Of a DNA stretch of 44,014 bases, positions 8,120-18,275 are shown in pieces. The notes under the pieces are model-generated. The model worked only from the letters and a program-made list of their open reading frames with translations. It ran no database searches and was not told where the DNA came from. This DNA is from a virus. Lineage: Duplodnaviria; Caudoviricetes. The translations under genes were made by a program, and so were the position numbers. Within the stretch, counting starts at the first letter, position 1; every line of letters begins with the position of its first letter. Location of the stretch: the IMG/VR virus record IMGVR_UViG_3300022178_003337, positions 1 through 44,014 of that record; one strand, given 5' to 3'.

Positions 8120-8782
8120 TTAGTACGTATCTTCGCCAAACGGATTAGATTCGGAGAAGTCGAGGATGCTATCAGCTTCCGTTTCAATTATTGTATTATC
8201 GGATAGAGGATCAAAGTCCTCGATATTATCCATGGCCGCATTTGATGTAGTGGCAATTTCAGCGTACTTGATATCTATAAATTCTTGACCAGTTGTGAAT
8301 CTCTCGTTGGAGAATTCAAACAACTCGCAACGCAAGTCATAAGTTTGTAGGTTGCCCATTTGATAAAATATTGCCTCATGTTCGACATGCATTACTTCAA
8401 ATATCTTATCATTTAAGGGGAAGTATATTAGATCACCCTCATTAGGTCTCGTGATGATATTATAATCGTTTACAGCGACATCATCATTAAACACTCGTTG
8501 AGCTATCGTTAAAACCATGCTATCTCGAATCTGTAGTCCAAACTTAGATAAGAAGTCTCCTTCACCCTCGAAACCGTCAACAGACTTCACATACATTTCT
8601 ACCATATACGCATTCTCAAAGATCGGTAGGTCGTCTTCGTTGAACAAATCATCCTTTGCTCCGATCGTGCGTGGCATATACCATGCATCAATACCGTGGA
8701 TACGAATAGACTCAATAACAAGATCCTCAATGAGCTGCTGCTCCATTGAGTTTTGATGGTTTTCAAAGTAGAAGTTTCTCAT
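8120..8782 (-). CDS. gp14: Neck protein
   Basis: EQQLIEDLVIESI, GFEGEGDFLSKFGL, RPNEGDLIYFP, FYQMG, LRCELF, LDFSESNPFG. Confidence 0.95.
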   Translation of the reverse strand: MRNFYFENHQNSMEQQLIEDLVIESIRIHGIDAWYMPRTIGAKDDLFNEDDLPIFENAYMVEMYVKSVDGFEGEGDFLSKFGLQIRDSMVLTIAQRVFNDDVAVNDYNIITRPNEGDLIYFPLNDKIFEVMHVEHEAIFYQMGNLQTYDLRCELFEFSNERFTTGQEFIDIKYAEIATTSNAAMDNIEDFDPLSDNTIIETEADSILDFSESNPFGEDTY

Positions 8783-8808
8783 TGCTATACTATCCTGTTA
8801 CTATGGGG

Positions 8809-8816
8809 TATTTATA
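8809..8816 (-). promoter_or_regulatory. T4 late promoter TATAAATA (gp14)
   Basis: Exact consensus in the gp13-gp14 intergenic gap. Confidence 0.85.
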
Positions 8817-8858
8817 CTGCTAGGAATATACTATGAGCATACAAGGTAGGGTATCAAG

Positions 8859-9602
8859 TCAACCAATCATATCAGAAACTGGCAAACTGTACGATCTGAT
8901 CATCTCTTCTTCAAGCTTCTTGATTTCCTCATCAGCATCGCGGTATATCTGCTCACCATTAAACTGAACATTGCCTGGTAAAGTCATTCCAACGAATTTG
9001 GTTAGATTAGATCCCCACTGATGCTTGATCTTAGCCGCAGCATAGTTCTGCAACCAACGATCCTTCCACACATCAGTGTATGTTTGAGGATCGACAATGG
9101 TGTAGCACTCGACAACTATAAATTGCCCCACATTTAGTACATCCCAATCAGTATCAATGTGTAGGCGGTTCATGTGTCTGTTATATCGAATTGGTTGAGC
9201 TCCAACCAACAGATCTTCCATGAACTGGAGATGTGACATCTTCATGTAGAAATCAGTCAAGCTACCATTCCCAATCTCATGTAGGTTGTTTTGGAGAAAC
9301 TGATATTGAACACTAAACATTCCACTAGTAGACATGACAGAGGTATTGATCGGGAACAGGTTAACTGCTCCGATGATGTTTTCTGGTATGGTTATATACC
9401 GGTTTGTCTTATCATCAGCTGTAACTTCGTGACTCAGAAATGTCTTCTCTGTCCCATCAAAGTGATAATCCCAGTAGTATGATAGAGCTTCATCAATCCG
9501 ATCTTCTATTTGATCTTGATCAACGTTAATCTCGATCACTGGCATACCTAGCTTGCGCAGGCACCAGTCCTTAAACTCTGTTCTTGTTGTTGGCTGTGCC
9601 AT
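8859..9602 (-). CDS. gp13: Neck protein
   Basis: CLRKLGMPVIEINV, YHFDG, WLQNYA..IKHQWGSNLTKF, LPGNVQFNG; SD GGAGG. Confidence 0.95.
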   Translation of the reverse strand: MAQPTTRTEFKDWCLRKLGMPVIEINVDQDQIEDRIDEALSYYWDYHFDGTEKTFLSHEVTADDKTNRYITIPENIIGAVNLFPINTSVMSTSGMFSVQYQFLQNNLHEIGNGSLTDFYMKMSHLQFMEDLLVGAQPIRYNRHMNRLHIDTDWDVLNVGQFIVVECYTIVDPQTYTDVWKDRWLQNYAAAKIKHQWGSNLTKFVGMTLPGNVQFNGEQIYRDADEEIKKLEEEMIRSYSLPVSDMIG

Positions 9603-9623
9603 AGTAATCCTCCACCTTTAGGC

Positions 9624-9631
9624 TATTTATG
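9624..9631 (-). promoter_or_regulatory. Late promoter variant CATAAATA (gp13), overlapping the esterase stop codon
   Basis: NATAAATA 21 nt upstream of the gp13 ATG. Confidence 0.7.
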
Positions 9632-11675
9632 GTTCGAGAAGGGACTCGTACTCAAGCATTGCAGCTCCCATCTGATCCCCGTACTGCGACCTAGCATCTC
9701 TCCAGCTCATTAGTGTTGGATCATATCCATTGAGGTTATATTGATCGAAGAATTTCCCAATAACGTTAGCATATCCGGGATTAGCAACTTCATATTCCTG
9801 GAACGTCGGTTGCACATATGACGCTGGAGAGGGTAATGTGGCAAGATCGTTGAATAGATCAAATCCAAGGTAGGTGTACGCCCCGTCGGGATCGCCAGTT
9901 GCAGCAAGAGCTGCAAGAGCTTGCATCATGAATTCTGACGCGTATATCGAGTCCATATAATTGGCGACGTACCATCCTGGATCGGGGGTTGCAATAACGT
10001 CGAATTCCTTTTTCCCAGCGACTACCCACTCTATATTACCGAGCATGAGAGACACCTCTTGCGAGTGAGATGCCCAAACACCATTCGGGGAGAAATTGTT
10101 TACGATTAGCCATGCAGTAGCAGACGCTGTCTCAGTGGCCGCTCTTGCTACTCGCCATGCAGGATACCCAAACACCGCGTGTGTGTAGAGGACTCTTCTA
10201 TTTTCAGCTTCCAAACTATCCGCACTAGGAATATTTGGTGAATGTGCTACCCTACCGAACCACGAGCTTGATAAGTGGCCAAGACCGGTATAGTTTATTG
10301 CACCACCCCCAACGTCTGCATAGTCAACGCTGACGACAGGTTGCCAGGCGGCTGCTTTCCACCCGTCATAATCAATGTAACCAAGACGTTGCGACCAACT
10401 ATCTAAAGTGTCTGTTGATAGGTTGAGAAGTGCGGTTCTGAGTCCATCTGTTGAGCCGTCTGCAAGCAGAGTTAAGGCTTCACATTCCACGTACAAACTG
10501 ACGAATGGCTTTCTATACTTCCCATCTTTGGCAGCTTCTATAGCGCTATCGTGCGTTCCTCTCTTGAATGGGTATATGTTAGCTGTGGCTGCCGTGTATG
10601 TCGCTAGAGCACTTCCGCTAGCAACAGCAGCTTTGACGGAACTGTATGTTAGGTATTCCCCAGCATCAGCCAATGCTTCAAGATCTTCGATTCGTAGAGC
10701 GTTCTGCATGGCCCACGCGAAACCATTTGCTGTTATAGCATCAGAAACTCTGTGGTATGCTGGGTCTTTCGATGATAGTATTGGAGCCATACCACGAATA
10801 GCTTTTTCGTATAGTCGCGTTAAATCGTTGTAGTAATCGGAGTCGATATAGTTGGCACCACCCCCTCCAGAACCAATCCATGCGGAACTAAACCAAGTTT
10901 GAGTATCATCGTCTGTCATAAGCAATTGTACAGCAGCTCCGCCAGCAGATGTTCCCGATATACAGATCTTGGTATTATCACCACCGAAAGCTGATATGTT
11001 ATTATATACCCACTCTAGAGCTACCTTTATGTCGGTGTAAGCAACGCTTGGCTCGTTGCTCTCTATTAGATCAGGATGTGGAAAGTGTCCTCTCGTCGAT
11101 AGTCTATATTCAACGGTAACAACCACACACCCCTTATGGGCTGCCATTCTGTGTCCAAGCTGTTGCGGGCCACGTGAGTGATATACACCCCAACCTCCCC
11201 CATGAATATGGAAGATGACGGGACGATTTGACAAGCCTTCGGGAGCAAATATGTTCAGCCTCAGGCAACTTTCAGTTTCTTTGACCCCCATCCCAGGCCA
11301 ATCGTAGGCCCCGACGTCATCGTCACCAAACTCAAATCTACCATCTGTACCAAGCTCTTCACCGTATCGCTGATATGGTGGGGGGGTTTGTACAATGGCA
11401 TCATAGGGCCCAGCCGTGGGATATACGTAAGGCGCACATGGTTTAAATCTCAAGGCACCTACGGGGTCTTGGCCGTATTGGACGTTGGACCACACACTTA
11501 CGTTGGCTGATTTATTCCTATTTGATGTCACGAACTGCACAGCTTGGGTGGTAATGTCGTCGGGGATAGGCAACAAGGGTTGAACGGTCCATCTACGACC
11601 CGTCAGTTGCGTGCTATTCAATCCGAAGATTCCCGACACAGCAGGTGTGGTTGTTATAACTGTTCTAATCGGCAT
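9627..11675 (-). CDS. Type-B carboxylesterase/lipase family alpha/beta hydrolase (COesterase-like), 682 aa
   Basis: PVGALRFKP, ESCLRLNIFAP, PVIFHIHGGG, VVVTVEYRL, ALEWVYNNISAFGGD..ICISGTSAGG (nucleophile elbow), candidate His ASHSQEV. ATG 11675 lies 1 nt after the fibre stop (ORF track start 11729 overlaps the fibre gene). Confidence 0.88.
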   Translation of the reverse strand: MPIRTVITTTPAVSGIFGLNSTQLTGRRWTVQPLLPIPDDITTQAVQFVTSNRNKSANVSVWSNVQYGQDPVGALRFKPCAPYVYPTAGPYDAIVQTPPPYQRYGEELGTDGRFEFGDDDVGAYDWPGMGVKETESCLRLNIFAPEGLSNRPVIFHIHGGGWGVYHSRGPQQLGHRMAAHKGCVVVTVEYRLSTRGHFPHPDLIESNEPSVAYTDIKVALEWVYNNISAFGGDNTKICISGTSAGGAAVQLLMTDDDTQTWFSSAWIGSGGGGANYIDSDYYNDLTRLYEKAIRGMAPILSSKDPAYHRVSDAITANGFAWAMQNALRIEDLEALADAGEYLTYSSVKAAVASGSALATYTAATANIYPFKRGTHDSAIEAAKDGKYRKPFVSLYVECEALTLLADGSTDGLRTALLNLSTDTLDSWSQRLGYIDYDGWKAAAWQPVVSVDYADVGGGAINYTGLGHLSSSWFGRVAHSPNIPSADSLEAENRRVLYTHAVFGYPAWRVARAATETASATAWLIVNNFSPNGVWASHSQEVSLMLGNIEWVVAGKKEFDVIATPDPGWYVANYMDSIYASEFMMQALAALAATGDPDGAYTYLGFDLFNDLATLPSPASYVQPTFQEYEVANPGYANVIGKFFDQYNLNGYDPTLMSWRDARSQYGDQMGAAMLEYESLLEP

Positions 11676-11676
11676 A

Positions 11677-14600
11677 TTAGAACCACCGGCCGTGTGCATG
11701 TATATGTATTTCAACAGCAAATACAGCATCTGTTGACCCTATAGCCACGGCGCGTATATTTTTCCATTCTATGAGAGTCGGCGGCCTCCACGCAGCTACA
11801 GTTAGACCACGATCTTTGACGTTGGTTGTGCCTGCAATAGTGGGCATAGGTGTAGCTGTGACAGTGGGAAGAAACGCGAAAGCAATAGGCCAAGTAACGT
11901 GCAGGAGATCAGTCATGTATGGATCATCCCATGTTCCAAGACCTGAACCATACTGATCACCAATATTTCCCATTGTTTTGATCCCCCACACTTCCATGGT
12001 TCCATCTGCGTACTGCGTATAGGAAAATCCGGTAGTATCGTCGTAACCTCTTTTAATTATCGAACCTGTAGGTACATCGGATCCGTCGACAGATACGTCT
12101 CCAACGATATTTTGTTGGTCGTATACCTGTCTCCAAGGACCCCAACCATCAGCAACTAGAGCTTGACTTCTAGTTGCCATTTGACCCTGCGTGCCAGTGC
12201 CTGAGCATCGGAATGCTACCTGTGATAGATAATCGTCGTCGTTGCCAGTACCGGCGGAAAGTGATAGTAAATTGAACGCACCTCCAAAAGCAGGAAAGGG
12301 ATTGTCGCCTAATGGCACTCCTGCGTGGCCCCCACCGAGGCCGTAATAGAGCCCACTTGCATTCAATGCATCCAGTCCTGGCCCTGTGTTTGCTACAAGT
12401 ACACCTTTGTTGATTCCTATACCATAGTCTTCTCCAAGGATGACCTCTTTCCAATTGATGGAAGAACTGTTATCACGATTGCCGACCCACATTTTGTAAT
12501 CAAGGTTTTGGCCTGATTCTATGGAAATATAGGACCTACTGACACTCGCAGACTCTTTTGTTACAATTAGATTGTGGTTGCCCGCTGTTGTTACTGGACC
12601 GCCTGTAACAACAGAAGGATCGTATGAGAAAAATCCAGGACCAATCGTTCTATCAGCTATATGTGATGTGGTCGTGAGCTCGATAGGAATACCCAACCCG
12701 TGCGATCCGTTGACTAAAATCAGATCGGCTGTTGAATCGGTATTGGTCTGCTGTATAGCTGATCCACTTGCGACTCCAGTCAATACAGGGTTCGTAAACG
12801 CTGCATTTAGTCCCGAAGAGAATGTCGTTAGTATCTCGTCCTTGCCTAACCCCGTATTGACCCATTTCACTGTACCGGAATCAGTGGTAAAATATGGATA
12901 GGTGGTAGCTCCCGGTTCACGTCTCCACGTGGTATATTCCCCGACTGGAGCAACTTGTCCGGCTGAAGCTGTAGTAGGAAGTCTTCGGACAATTAGTTGG
13001 TCAACATCGATCGACATTGCTTCGATAGTAGCATCGTTGGCACTGTAGATAGTTCCAGATTCTAGAGTGACATCAACGGCATGTGTATACCCAGTATCAA
13101 CTTCAGTAAGTATGCGATTGCCGTGCGATAAAATATCGGTTCCGGTGGCTGGTAACTCTAGAGCGTTATTAGCGTCGATTCTCATTATCCATGCGTTGTT
13201 GGTCATAAGCACAAATGGACTGCTAGTTGTATCCGCTTCTGGAGCGAGTAGTTTGGCAGTTCGTGTTTGATTGCCTAAGTCAGCAGTCCACGTCTGAATC
13301 TCACTGCCAAGGCCATTGGAGAATACGTTAAGTTTAGTTCCTGCTGTGGGTTGAACCCCTATACCAACGTCACCAGCAACATACATGTCACCATCACCAG
13401 CAACTGAGAATCTCTCGGCGCCGCCAGACGAGGCTTCAACGAACTTTGATCCAGCGACGATTGTAGCGTCCGAAGAAGTCAAATTCAAGATAGTGTCGCC
13501 ACCGCCGGCGGCTGATGTTAGATCAAATGTGGCCACGTTGGACCCAGCAGCCGAGGCTGATAATTCAACTCCAGCCGTAATGCTTGATCCTAGATGCAAT
13601 GGTCTTGTAGATCGGGTATATGTGGCTGGAGTTAAGGTGATGGATCCAGTAAGCGAGCCGATTATACCATCATCAGAGTTGTATAACTCGTTGGTATCCA
13701 TGGACCAACCGGTAGTATCCGTACCTACTTTGAATACACCATTATTCCATGTAGTTCCCCCAATTGTGCCGGATCCTCCTCCAATGGATATTGGAGTACC
13801 AGTACTCGTCTCGAAAAGGGGCGATTCCATGCTCACTATTGCTTCAACAACTCTTGTAGTGTTGTCGATTTGTAACGCATTTCCTATCGCAACCCCAGTG
13901 GCATTGTATGCTCGCCAATTTAGTTTGGCGTCGGCGGTGTTGATTACATAATTCGACCAACGTATGCCTGCGGGATCATTAAATGAGATTCCGAGGTGGG
14001 AGGTTGTGTCAGGTCTAAACAGTCTCAAGGCGTATGCTGTGGCGCCATGTACTTCCAGTCCATCAACACGGGCATCGCCAACCACGTGTAGGGGTAGTTC
14101 TGGTGACTCCGTACCAATTCCAACGTCACCAGCAACATACATGTCACCTAATCCAGTAACGTACATTACATCAGTGGTTGAATTCGCAGCCATGTTAATG
14201 AACTTTGATCCGCCACTAATCGTGCCATCTGAAGAAGATAGATCCAAAATAGTGTCACCGCTAGCCGACGTTAAATCGAATGCGACTGTGTTAGATCCTG
14301 TTGATGTAACTGTTAATTCTCGTCCAGTCATCAACGATGGTCCAAGATGCATAGGACTAGAGGATCGCGTATAACCAGCTGGTTTGAGGTTCAAGTCACC
14401 AGAAAGGGTACCAATTGCACTAGACACAGAGTTGTATAGTTCGTTTGTGTCCATGGACCAACCTTCAGCAATTGATCCTACTTTGAATACACCATTATCC
14501 CATGTAGTTCCTGCAATCGAGCTGGATCCTCCAATGGAGATTGGAGTACCAGTGTCCGTCTCAAATATAGGTGATAAGAACTTGGTCTCAGCAACAATAT

Positions 14601-15483
14601 ATCGGGTGTCGTTTTCCATGGTCAATACGGTACCAATGACATCCCCATTAGCGTCTCGGGATTGCCATCTCAAGTCCGAGTCCACACCAGCTTGGTTCAT
14701 AACATAGTTTAGCCACCGCGCTTTTGTGTCACCGGGTACATCAGGTAGTACGGCTTCGTCGCCGAGCGTATCCCAAAACGTAATTCCTAGATAACCTGGT
14801 GGATTCACACCAACTGGCGCAGGTCTGATCAAGCTTAACGAGGCTGTTGAACCCTTGAACACATTCACGGACCCGTGCGAATCAACACCATTGCTGCGGA
14901 CAGTACCTTCCACATGTAGTTTTTCGGTGGGGGCTGTATTACCAATTCCAACGTCACCAGCAACATACATGTCACCTAATCCATTAACATGGAATCTTTC
15001 CGTTGCTGCGTCGCTAAAGCTCACAAATTTAGATCCAGCGTCTATAGATCCATCCTCTGATGATATAGTGAGGATGGTATCTGCAGTAGCTGACGCTAAG
15101 TCAAATACGACTGTATCGGAACCAGCCGACTTGACTGACAGCTCGTATCCATCACCCAACGCTGTGCCAAGATATAGAGGTCTTGTAGATCGGGTGTATG
15201 TGGATGGGGTTAAAGAGATGGATCCAGTAAGCGAGCCGATTATACCATTATTAGAGTTGTACAGTTCGTTTGTGTCCATGGACCAACCGGTAGTATCCGT
15301 ACCTACTTTGAATACACCATTATCCCATGTAGTTCCCCCAATCGTACCAGATCCTCCGATGGAGATTGGAGTACCAACATCTGTATCGAATGTTCCAGAT
15401 ACGATAGAATCTGCATTTACTGTAGGGAATGTGGCGTTACGACTGTCATCAATTACAGTCGTACCTATTACTTTAATTGCCAT
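11677..15483 (-). CDS. Long tail fibre / receptor-binding protein with three internal repeats
   Basis: G/T/S-rich. GDVGIG..P...LHV repeats, knob-like LDALNASGLYYG, C-terminal YTQYADGTMEVWG..VTWPIAF..P.VTAT..AHGRW domain typical of fibre tips. Confidence 0.85.
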   Translation of the reverse strand: MAIKVIGTTVIDDSRNATFPTVNADSIVSGTFDTDVGTPISIGGSGTIGGTTWDNGVFKVGTDTTGWSMDTNELYNSNNGIIGSLTGSISLTPSTYTRSTRPLYLGTALGDGYELSVKSAGSDTVVFDLASATADTILTISSEDGSIDAGSKFVSFSDAATERFHVNGLGDMYVAGDVGIGNTAPTEKLHVEGTVRSNGVDSHGSVNVFKGSTASLSLIRPAPVGVNPPGYLGITFWDTLGDEAVLPDVPGDTKARWLNYVMNQAGVDSDLRWQSRDANGDVIGTVLTMENDTRYIVAETKFLSPIFETDTGTPISIGGSSSIAGTTWDNGVFKVGSIAEGWSMDTNELYNSVSSAIGTLSGDLNLKPAGYTRSSSPMHLGPSLMTGRELTVTSTGSNTVAFDLTSASGDTILDLSSSDGTISGGSKFINMAANSTTDVMYVTGLGDMYVAGDVGIGTESPELPLHVVGDARVDGLEVHGATAYALRLFRPDTTSHLGISFNDPAGIRWSNYVINTADAKLNWRAYNATGVAIGNALQIDNTTRVVEAIVSMESPLFETSTGTPISIGGGSGTIGGTTWNNGVFKVGTDTTGWSMDTNELYNSDDGIIGSLTGSITLTPATYTRSTRPLHLGSSITAGVELSASAAGSNVATFDLTSAAGGGDTILNLTSSDATIVAGSKFVEASSGGAERFSVAGDGDMYVAGDVGIGVQPTAGTKLNVFSNGLGSEIQTWTADLGNQTRTAKLLAPEADTTSSPFVLMTNNAWIMRIDANNALELPATGTDILSHGNRILTEVDTGYTHAVDVTLESGTIYSANDATIEAMSIDVDQLIVRRLPTTASAGQVAPVGEYTTWRREPGATTYPYFTTDSGTVKWVNTGLGKDEILTTFSSGLNAAFTNPVLTGVASGSAIQQTNTDSTADLILVNGSHGLGIPIELTTTSHIADRTIGPGFFSYDPSVVTGGPVTTAGNHNLIVTKESASVSRSYISIESGQNLDYKMWVGNRDNSSSINWKEVILGEDYGIGINKGVLVANTGPGLDALNASGLYYGLGGGHAGVPLGDNPFPAFGGAFNLLSLSAGTGNDDDYLSQVAFRCSGTGTQGQMATRSQALVADGWGPWRQVYDQQNIVGDVSVDGSDVPTGSIIKRGYDDTTGFSYTQYADGTMEVWGIKTMGNIGDQYGSGLGTWDDPYMTDLLHVTWPIAFAFLPTVTATPMPTIAGTTNVKDRGLTVAAWRPPTLIEWKNIRAVAIGSTDAVFAVEIHIHAHGRWF
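13320..15390 (-). repeat. Three direct repeats of an approximately 165-aa module within the fibre gene (starts near 15390, 14565, 13815; spacing 825 and 750 nt)
   Basis: GTPISIGG..GTTW.NGVFKVG...GWSMDTNELYNS..GDMYVAGDVGIG three times. Identical DNA runs: 49 nt at 15275-15323 = 13697-13745; 44 nt at 14940-14983 = 14112-14155. Confidence 0.92.
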
Positions 15484-15519
15484 TCTCGATACCTTTCGTG
15501 GTTACTAGGCGTATTGTGG

Positions 15520-15527
15520 TATTTATG
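15520..15527 (-). promoter_or_regulatory. Late promoter variant CATAAATA (long fibre and esterase)
   Basis: NATAAATA overlapping the upstream stop codon, 36 nt before ATG 15483. Confidence 0.65.
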
Positions 15528-16440
15528 TGTTGACTATTGATTTCAGCTCGTCTATCTGAGTTTGCTGTTCTTTTATTGCTTCAATCAATAGTCCCACCAA
15601 GTTTCCATATGCCACTGATTTGAGGCCGTCCTGATCGGTATGCACGAGTTCAGGAATCACCTCCTCAACTTCTTGAGCGATGACCCCAATATGTGGCTTC
15701 TTATCTTTTTTGAAGTTGAATGACACACCACGCATCAAATGCACTTTTTCTAACGCATCAGTCAAAGTCTCTATTGATTCCTTGACAGTCCTGTCAGATG
15801 TGGTATTAAAATTGGCAGCATTAACGTCTGATGTGACAGTCGCGTTACCATTAACATTCAAGTCGTTGTGCATCCTAACGTTTGAAGTGTCTGATTCGAT
15901 CGTTACGATTGGCTCTTCTAGAGAATTCTCCCAACGTGCGTCGCCAGATCCTGTTCGAAAAACGAGTTGTATACCTACTGTATTTGTTGCTGTATAAAAC
16001 TTTATTCCATGAGGGCCACCATTAGTTCCAGATCCGAGATTAATCGTGGACACGCCTTTATCCATAACTATATCATCAGTAAACGTCTTTACACCTGCGA
16101 CTGATTGGGCACCTGTTGTTTGAACGATTTGGGATGCTGATAGACCCCCAATCGTTGAAGAGTTTACACCCAGAGCATCCACGAAAGTCTTTGTGACTCT
16201 GTTATCTATTGCGGTGTTAGCTCTAGTGGTCGTGTAGTATAGGTTTGTACCCTCAGCTAATTCTGATGTGGTGTTGTCAGCGATATCGCTAAACGCTACA
16301 ATAGACTCAGTGCCTGTTACGTTTTTCTTGATATATAGCTTACCATCGTAGGTGTTGATCGCGAGCTCGCCTAAGGAAAGAGCTGTTGTTGTAGGAACCT
16401 TAGCCGCAGTAGCACTCCGGCGTAATTTAATCGTTGACAT
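15523..16440 (-). CDS. Fibre protein with C-terminal peptidase S74 intramolecular chaperone
   Basis: N-terminal IKLRRS..VPT..LSLGELAINTYDGKLYI (Mtd_N-like). C-terminal T|SDRTVK..LEKV..MRGVSF..IGVIAQEVEEVIPELV..KSVAY..LLIEAIKE plus coiled coil. Confidence 0.9.
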   Translation of the reverse strand: MSTIKLRRSATAAKVPTTTALSLGELAINTYDGKLYIKKNVTGTESIVAFSDIADNTTSELAEGTNLYYTTTRANTAIDNRVTKTFVDALGVNSSTIGGLSASQIVQTTGAQSVAGVKTFTDDIVMDKGVSTINLGSGTNGGPHGIKFYTATNTVGIQLVFRTGSGDARWENSLEEPIVTIESDTSNVRMHNDLNVNGNATVTSDVNAANFNTTSDRTVKESIETLTDALEKVHLMRGVSFNFKKDKKPHIGVIAQEVEEVIPELVHTDQDGLKSVAYGNLVGLLIEAIKEQQTQIDELKSIVNT

Positions 16441-16463
16441 GTGCAACTACTCACTTTATAGGT

Positions 16464-16499
16464 GGCTATATAGCCGGTGGGAGGAGATATATATCTCCT
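16464..16499. promoter_or_regulatory. Two perfect TATATA-centred palindromes in an intergenic leader
   Basis: GGCTATATAGCC (16464-16475) and AGGAGATATATATCTCCT (16482-16499); no U-tract. The palindromes are certain; the regulatory role is inferred. Confidence 0.55.
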
Positions 16500-16505
16500 G
16501 TGTGG

Positions 16506-18020
16506 TTAGTACGTTCCGCCGTCAACTTCAGAAATTGATACAGCGCCAGAAGATACAGAGAAGTTTGAAGATGAGAATGATGCAACACCCTTTACAGATG
16601 TTGTTGCGTTTATTCCCGCAATTGTCACGCTTGCAGATTCGGATCCTGATCCTGTTACAGAAAGCCCTGTACCAGCTGTAGCAACTAAACCACTTACATA
16701 ATTCCCAGTCGTGTCGGTACCAAGTGCGACACTATTTGGTTGAATAGTTGTGGCGATGTTGATAGCATTCTCACCAAAATCGTTTATGCTAACGGTACCT
16801 GTGACATCGCCTGTTAGATTGAAATTCTGAGCCGCAAATCTAATAACATCAACGTTGAGGGACGCGAGCGCGAAACTCAAATGGCCTGTGTCGATTACGT
16901 TTAGGTTTGGATCAACAGCTTCATAACTATCAAACACATACCACTCTTTATCGGTTGCATTACGAAAAACACCAGTATGCTTCGCTGTGGTTGAACCATC
17001 ATATTGGGCCATGAAACCAACATCGAGGGTATCAAGTGTGTTCCCAGTTGCTAGACGAATTAGAGGGTCCTCAACGGACATCGTTGCAACATCTAATGTA
17101 GTTGTTGTTCCGTTGATAACAAGATCACCAGTGACGGTAAGATCCCCCGACACACCAACGTCGTTGAATGTCACGTTCGAGGTTGTAGCAACACTCTGGC
17201 CAATCGATACAGCAATGTTGTTGTTGGTCACTGTCGTCGATACGCCAGTTCCACCAGAAACATTCAGGGTGTCTGTTAGAAGGTTTACGGTGTCATTAGC
17301 CCCAGAATCTGCCCCAACGGTAAGAGTGGTTGCAACTGACACTGTAGACGCTGCAGTAATTCGTCCTTGTGAGTCAACAGTAAGTACTGGAATATTTGTG
17401 GTCGATCCATACGCGCCTGGAGTGACTGTGGTGTTCGTTAGTCTGATATCAACCTGGTTATTGGTAACTACTGTTGCGATGCTAGTATTACCAGCGAAGG
17501 TTAGAGTGTCTGAACTGATGACAAGAGTATCGGTTCCTGTATCACCAGCTAGAGATATATTAGCTGCAGCGTTGACGTCTGTTAAGTATCCTAATGATAC
17601 AGCATCAGTGAGACCAACAGGATCCGCAACGCCTGTTATACGAGTACTAGCAATGTCGATTACGCCTGTTCCATTCGGGCTAATCGTGATGTTGCCATTA
17701 GTGTTGGTTGATACTATACTGTTGCCATCAATAGTGAGATTATCAATGATTAGTTGATCAATCTTATTGCTACTATCAGTTATAATGGCGGAGTTTGCGG
17801 TGAGGACGCCTGGTGTATGATCCAGTTTGTCGGTGAAGTATTTGCCACCGATAACGTCGATGTTTGCTGCAACTCCATTAGTTTCCGCTCCTGTACCAAT
17901 ATACAGACGATCGCCACCATTTGCTAGGGTGCCTGCTAGATAAGAGTATGCTAGTTCAGCTTGTGCAACAGAAGGGGGAGATCCAGCTGAACTGGATCGT
18001 TTAATCTTAACTATAGACAT
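16506..18020 (-). CDS. Fibre-like virion structural protein (504 aa)
   Basis: N-terminal [26 protein letters not shown]; repeated GD/DSG..DTL..GG.G..T.VTNN modules; [22 protein letters not shown] fibre motif; ends VDGGTY. Confidence 0.8.
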   Translation of the reverse strand: MSIVKIKRSSSAGSPPSVAQAELAYSYLAGTLANGGDRLYIGTGAETNGVAANIDVIGGKYFTDKLDHTPGVLTANSAIITDSSNKIDQLIIDNLTIDGNSIVSTNTNGNITISPNGTGVIDIASTRITGVADPVGLTDAVSLGYLTDVNAAANISLAGDTGTDTLVISSDTLTFAGNTSIATVVTNNQVDIRLTNTTVTPGAYGSTTNIPVLTVDSQGRITAASTVSVATTLTVGADSGANDTVNLLTDTLNVSGGTGVSTTVTNNNIAVSIGQSVATTSNVTFNDVGVSGDLTVTGDLVINGTTTTLDVATMSVEDPLIRLATGNTLDTLDVGFMAQYDGSTTAKHTGVFRNATDKEWYVFDSYEAVDPNLNVIDTGHLSFALASLNVDVIRFAAQNFNLTGDVTGTVSINDFGENAINIATTIQPNSVALGTDTTGNYVSGLVATAGTGLSVTGSGSESASVTIAGINATTSVKGVASFSSSNFSVSSGAVSISEVDGGTY

Positions 18021-18274
18021 TAGAAGTTGCCTCCATTTAGGGTTGTATTAGGGTTTTCTATAATGGGGCTTGCTTCCCACGTCGATGTGTCGTCGTTGTA
18101 TATTAAGGCTGCACCATCAGCGATATCGGTCATGTTGATATCGCTGATATTGGCTAGCTTTAAGTTTGAAGCGTTTAGAGCATAGTTAGTCACAACAAAC
18201 TCATTTGCTGGGTTGACTCTTGCCTTCAATGCTGTTCCAGAAGTTGGCGTTACTTTTGCTCTTATGTTTGTCAT
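18020..18274 (-). CDS. Small virion/fibre adaptor protein (84 aa)
   Basis: [21 protein letters not shown] motif seen in phage fibre proteins; ends LNGGNF; coupled to both neighbours. Confidence 0.65.
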   Translation of the reverse strand: MTNIRAKVTPTSGTALKARVNPANEFVVTNYALNASNLKLANISDINMTDIADGAALIYNDDTSTWEASPIIENPNTTLNGGNF

Positions 18275-18275
18275 G

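Noticed and set aside
13320-15390. Diversity-generating retroelement TR/VR pair
   Set aside because: All copies are inside one reading frame, mismatches are largely synonymous and not adenine-specific, and no reverse transcriptase gene is in the window.
15484-15525. Stop-codon read-through fusing the S74 fibre to the long fibre (genes are in frame, 39 nt apart)
   Set aside because: The gap contains two more in-frame stops (TAG TAA), and the downstream gene has its own AAGG SD and late promoter.
16464-16499. Intrinsic terminator
   Set aside because: No U-tract follows either stem on either strand, and the downstream gene has no clear NATAAATA promoter of its own.
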